Origin: an uncultured candidatus Porisulfidus sp. | Lineage (GTDB): Bacteria > Pseudomonadota > Gammaproteobacteria > Poriferisulfidales > Poriferisulfidaceae | Direction of reading: 5' to 3' | Assembly (NCBI GenBank): GCA_965199755.1 | Contig: CBDASZ010000001.1 | Coordinates: forward strand, 32,001-96,000 | DNA: 64,000 bases | Shown here: positions 60,112 to 64,000 of the stretch, piece after piece | Layout: every line of letters starts with the position of its first letter | Position numbering within the stretch: position 1 is the first letter of the stretch | Made by a program: the position numbers and the translations under genes | The notes under the pieces: generated by a model | The model's input: only the letters and a program-made list of their open reading frames with translations | Told to the model about the DNA's origin: nothing | Database searches by the model: none

Positions 60112-62634
60112 TTACAGGTTGCCCAGATTGAACTGGAAGCTCTCGGTCTCATCAATGCTCTGGTCATTGATTGGCAGGCTGATATTCATTGACACACCGC
60201 CGAGCGGAGACAGCCACGACACGCCCAGTCCCACCGCGGCGCGAATATCGCCGAGTTCGAAGTCATCAGCCTCCTCAAACGCATAGCCCGCATCGAAGAA
60301 CAATGAGCCGCGCAGATTGGCCTCGTCGATGAGCGGGATCGGGAAGGTCACAGCCGCCGAAGTATTCACCATCAGGTTACCGCCGAACGGACGGTTGTAT
60401 TCATCTCTGGGGCCCAGCGTGTTGACCTTATAGCCGCGAACTGACTTCGGGCCACCGGTGACAAACTTGTTTGCGAACGGCAGGTCGGGTGTGCCGGCGT
60501 AACCATCGCCGTAGGCGAAATCGACCCGCATCGACAGGGAATAGTCTTCGGTCAGATCAATGTATTCTTCTTGCTTATAGCGCAGCGTGTAGTACTCCAG
60601 ACCGCTACCAGGCACGCTGCCTGTCACTGAAATCTGGCGCAGGGATCCTTTGCGGGTGAACAGGCTGCGATCGCGGGTGTCGTAAGTGAACGCGCCTGAA
60701 AGTATCAAATTGTTGTAGGACGCTTCGCAGCCCCGATATTGTCTCGTGTCTGTATAAAATTCATATGCTCTTTGTCTTTCCTCTTCAGTAAATTCCCTAT
60801 CCGTATTGTCAAGCGGGAGCTCGTTTGCCGGGGCCTCAGCTCCATCCGATGGTGGATTAAGAATCCTCTCAGGAAGTATCTGAAGCGGAAGTTCATCTTC
60901 CCCCTCAATCAAATTATCAAATTCCATCCGATTCAACCCGAAAAACCGATCTGCTACACAATTCCCACCCGTATCGTTCAGAAAACTCTGCACCCGAAGC
61001 GACGCATCCGCGCCAACATCAAAATTGATCCGCTGGGCCCGCCCGGAGAAAGAAAACGTGCTGTCATCGGCGATCGGAATGCCGTAACTCAGATAAGCCA
61101 GAAAGTCGCGCGACTCATAACGGCTTCGGTTATTGTCATCGGCTGTATCCGTTGACCGCGTGCTGACCCCGAACCCTCGGCTGACGCCGTTGATCGTGTA
61201 GTACGGGTTGTAGAAATCAAACGAATAGCGCGTCGAGGTCTCGCTGTTGTCAAAGTGCACGCCGACCCGGTTACCGGTGCCAAGGAAGTTCTCCTGCTCA
61301 ACACCTGCAGCCAAGGTCAATCCGGTGCCGCTGCTAAAGCCCAGACCGGCTGAGAAGTTGCCGGCCAGACGCTCGGTCACCGTAATCATAATATCCACCT
61401 GATCGCTGGTGCCTGCTACCCGGAACTGCTCAATTTCCACACTCTCGATATACGGCAAGCGCTGGATGCGATAGCGCGAGCGCTCCAGTTGCGGTGTGGA
61501 CAGCCAACTGCCTTCCAACTGGCGCAATTCCCGACGCAGCACTTCGTCCTGCGTGGTGCGGTTGCCGGAGATGTCGATGCGGCGCACGTAGACCCGCTGT
61601 CCGGGATCGACAAAGAAATTGATGATGGTCTCGGCGCTCTCCTCATCCAGTTCAGTCACCGGATTCACCTTGGCAAAGGAATAGCCTTCTTCTGCCAGCC
61701 GCGTGGTTATCGCGGAGGAGGACGCCTGCGCCTTGGCGCTGGAGAAAAACTCACCCGCGCGCACCTGCAGCAGATCGATCAGTTCCCGCTGATCAATGAT
61801 GAACACGCCGGAGATCGACACCTCGCGCACCACAAAGCGCGGGCCTTCGTTGATATGCACGGTGATGAAAATGCCGTCGCGCGTCGGGCTCAGCGCGATC
61901 TGCGCTGAATCCACCTGAAACTTCATGAATCCCCGGTTCAGATAAAACGCCCGCAAGCGTTCCAGATCTCCGGACAACTGCAATTTGGAGTAACGTCCGC
62001 TGTTGCCCATAATGTCGTACCACTGCGGCGGGCCGGATTGAAACAGGTCCAGCAGACGGTCTTCCGGGTAGGACACATTGCCAATGATGTGCACCTGTTC
62101 GATTTCGGCGGGTTCTCCCTCTGCGACTTTGATCTCGATCGCCACGCGATTGTCTTCGCGCTCCACCACATCGGTCGCGACTTCGGCGTTGTAGTGTCCA
62201 ACCGCGTGATACTGCTGCAGGATTTCATTGTGCAACCGCTCAAGCAAAGGCTTGTTGAAGATCCGCCCGGTCGCGATGCCAGCCTCTTCCAGCACCTGCT
62301 CCAGCGTCTCATCGTCAATAATCTCAAGACCCTCGTAGGTGATCTCGGTGATGGCCGGGCGCTCCACCACGGTGATCACCAGCACATTGTCGCGTCGCGA
62401 CACTTGCACATCACTGAATAACTGGGTCTTGAACAGCGTGCGCACCAGCTCGCTGGTGCGGGCCGGATCGAACTCCTCACCGGTTTCCACCGGCAGGTGC
62501 GTGAATACGGTCGCCGCTTCCAGACGCTGCAGCCCGTACAACTCAATATCCTCCACCACGAAGGCCGAGACTGCTGGCGCCATCAGCGCCAACGTTACAC
62601 CCGCCAAAACAGTGAAAGAAACCTTGGGTCGCAT
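60112..62634 (-). CDS. bamA: Outer membrane protein assembly factor BamA
   Basis: POTRA repeats, NFLGTG, NPYYT..GVS, VRGY L6 motif, SPLG, C-terminal FQFNLG; likely start ATG 62634. Confidence 0.97.
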   Translation of the reverse strand: MRPKVSFTVLAGVTLALMAPAVSAFVVEDIELYGLQRLEAATVFTHLPVETGEEFDPARTSELVRTLFKTQLFSDVQVSRRDNVLVITVVERPAITEITYEGLEIIDDETLEQVLEEAGIATGRIFNKPLLERLHNEILQQYHAVGHYNAEVATDVVEREDNRVAIEIKVAEGEPAEIEQVHIIGNVSYPEDRLLDLFQSGPPQWYDIMGNSGRYSKLQLSGDLERLRAFYLNRGFMKFQVDSAQIALSPTRDGIFITVHINEGPRFVVREVSISGVFIIDQRELIDLLQVRAGEFFSSAKAQASSSAITTRLAEEGYSFAKVNPVTELDEESAETIINFFVDPGQRVYVRRIDISGNRTTQDEVLRRELRQLEGSWLSTPQLERSRYRIQRLPYIESVEIEQFRVAGTSDQVDIMITVTERLAGNFSAGLGFSSGTGLTLAAGVEQENFLGTGNRVGVHFDNSETSTRYSFDFYNPYYTINGVSRGFGVSTRSTDTADDNNRSRYESRDFLAYLSYGIPIADDSTFSFSGRAQRINFDVGADASLRVQSFLNDTGGNCVADRFFGLNRMEFDNLIEGEDELPLQILPERILNPPSDGAEAPANELPLDNTDREFTEEERQRAYEFYTDTRQYRGCEASYNNLILSGAFTYDTRDRSLFTRKGSLRQISVTGSVPGSGLEYYTLRYKQEEYIDLTEDYSLSMRVDFAYGDGYAGTPDLPFANKFVTGGPKSVRGYKVNTLGPRDEYNRPFGGNLMVNTSAAVTFPIPLIDEANLRGSLFFDAGYAFEEADDFELGDIRAAVGLGVSWLSPLGGVSMNISLPINDQSIDETESFQFNLGNL

Positions 62635-62670
62635 GAGGCTGAACGGGCCGATGAAGAGCAAATTTGCGCG

Positions 62671-64000
62671 TCAGCCCGCTAAACGGATGAAGTCATTGTA
62701 CAGGGCAAGCAGCATCAGTGCCGAAAGCACGGCGATGCCGACGCGCTGCGCGGCGGCTTCCACACGCTCAGCGACCGGGCGGCGGGTCACCGCTTCAACC
62801 GCACACCAGACCAGATGTCCGCCGTCAAGAACCGGAATTGGCAGCAAATTCAAAATCCCCAGACTCAAACTCAGCAGCGCCATCATCGACAGAAACGCGG
62901 TCAGCCCGTTCATGGCGGAACTGCCCGCGAAAGAGGCAATGCCGACTGGTCCGCTGATCGACTTGGGAGACACCTCACCGATCACCAAACGGCCTAACAC
63001 CTTCAGCGTCAGCACCGTGTACTCGCCAGTGCGCTCCAGTCCCCGCATTAGACTTTCGCCGAGCGGATAATTGACGGTGACTTGCAGTTCTCTCAGCAAT
63101 ACTTCATCCACGTAGGGCAACACGCCCAGCCGTCCCGACACTGCGCCTGAGTCGATCACCGCATCAATTCGCGCTTCACGCGACAGCACTTGCCCGTCGC
63201 GCTCCCATTCCAGCAGCACCTGCTGTCCGCCGCGCGAGCGCACCGCTTCGGTCAAGCCCTGCCAAGAGGCAATCGGCTGCGTCGCCAGACTCAGTATGCG
63301 ATCTCCGGACTGCAGACCTGCGGCCTGCGCCGCCGAGCCGGAACTGACCTCGCCGATGATCGGCGCTGAGGTCGCGCGCATGGGGGACATCCCCAAGGCG
63401 GAGAGGACATTTTCGTTTTTCAAAAGGCCCGCGCCGGGCTCAAGTTGCAATTGCCGATACAGGCCCTGCTGGGTGTGCACCTCCAGCACCATGGCGTCGC
63501 CCTTCATGCCGGAGTCCAGCAACGGCACCAGCATATCCGACCACGAGCGCACGGGTTGGCTGTTGATCTCCAGAATTTCATCACCGAACGCAAGGCCAGC
63601 CTGCGCTGCGGGTGAGTCCTGCTGCACATGACCGACGAGCGGACGAAGTCCAGTCTCGCCCACCCACGACACCAGCGCATACAGAAAGACCGCCAGAATG
63701 AAATTGAAGATCGGCCCCGCCGCGATGATCATCGCGCGCTGGGTAAGCGGCTTGCCGGTGAATTCCTGCGCCTGCTCCTCAGGCGTAAGTTCTCCGGTAT
63801 CCGGATCGCGTTTGTCCAGCATCTTGACGTAGCCGCCCAGCGGCCAGCGTGCCAGCACCCACTCGGTGCCTGTACGCTCAGAGACATGGCAGAACAGCGG
63901 ACGTCCGAAGCCCACCGAGAACCGCAGCACACGAACCCCACACTTGCGCGCCACCCAGTAATGGCCGAATTCGTGGAAGCTGATCAAAATCGAAATGGCC
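62671..64000 (-). CDS. rseP: RIP metalloprotease RseP (5' end outside window)
   Basis: HEFGH, PLGGYVKM, AGP.FN, two PDZ domains, NLLPIPVLDGGH. Confidence 0.97.
   Translation of the reverse strand, partial: AISILISFHEFGHYWVARKCGVRVLRFSVGFGRPLFCHVSERTGTEWVLARWPLGGYVKMLDKRDPDTGELTPEEQAQEFTGKPLTQRAMIIAAGPIFNFILAVFLYALVSWVGETGLRPLVGHVQQDSPAAQAGLAFGDEILEINSQPVRSWSDMLVPLLDSGMKGDAMVLEVHTQQGLYRQLQLEPGAGLLKNENVLSALGMSPMRATSAPIIGEVSSGSAAQAAGLQSGDRILSLATQPIASWQGLTEAVRSRGGQQVLLEWERDGQVLSREARIDAVIDSGAVSGRLGVLPYVDEVLLRELQVTVNYPLGESLMRGLERTGEYTVLTLKVLGRLVIGEVSPKSISGPVGIASFAGSSAMNGLTAFLSMMALLSLSLGILNLLPIPVLDGGHLVWCAVEAVTRRPVAERVEAAAQRVGIAVLSALMLLALYNDFIRLAG

Noticed and set aside
1-64000. CRISPR arrays, rRNA, IS elements, prophage genes
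   Set aside because: No regularly spaced repeats, rRNA-like tracts, transposase motifs or phage structural genes were seen by eye.

Overview
64 kb of chromosomal, mostly housekeeping DNA (roughly 60% GC by eye) from a gammaproteobacterium. Main blocks: cysS-hisI-aas, dedD-cvpA-purF, ftsH-glmM-tpiA-secG-tRNA-Leu, addA, xerD-dsbC, lptFG/pepA-holC-valS, rpmH-rnpA-yidD-yidC-mnmE, pgi-gpgP-gpgS, ppc, pcnB-folK/dNK-panBCD and rseP-bamA-skp-lpxD-fabZ-lpxA. An Alvin_2107-like protein points to a sulfur oxidiser. A remnant autotransporter beta-domain, glucosylglycerate genes and several pseudogenes suggest a marine, possibly host (sponge)-associated lifestyle (inference). No CRISPR array, prophage or intact IS was seen. 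The most unusual item is a 637-aa PEP-carboxykinase-like protein (33991-35904) whose P-loop strand-loop-helix is missing from its usual internal position and appears at the extreme C-terminus. Other oddities: a Cys-bracketed ~77-aa insertion in a BamA surface loop; an Aas fusion whose acyltransferase domain looks catalytically dead; a BMP/autotransporter chimeric pseudogene; a FolK-deoxynucleoside kinase fusion; and three decayed defence-type genes (two ATPases and an HTH-DNA methyltransferase inside the bamA-skp operon). All family calls come from motif recognition, not database searches.
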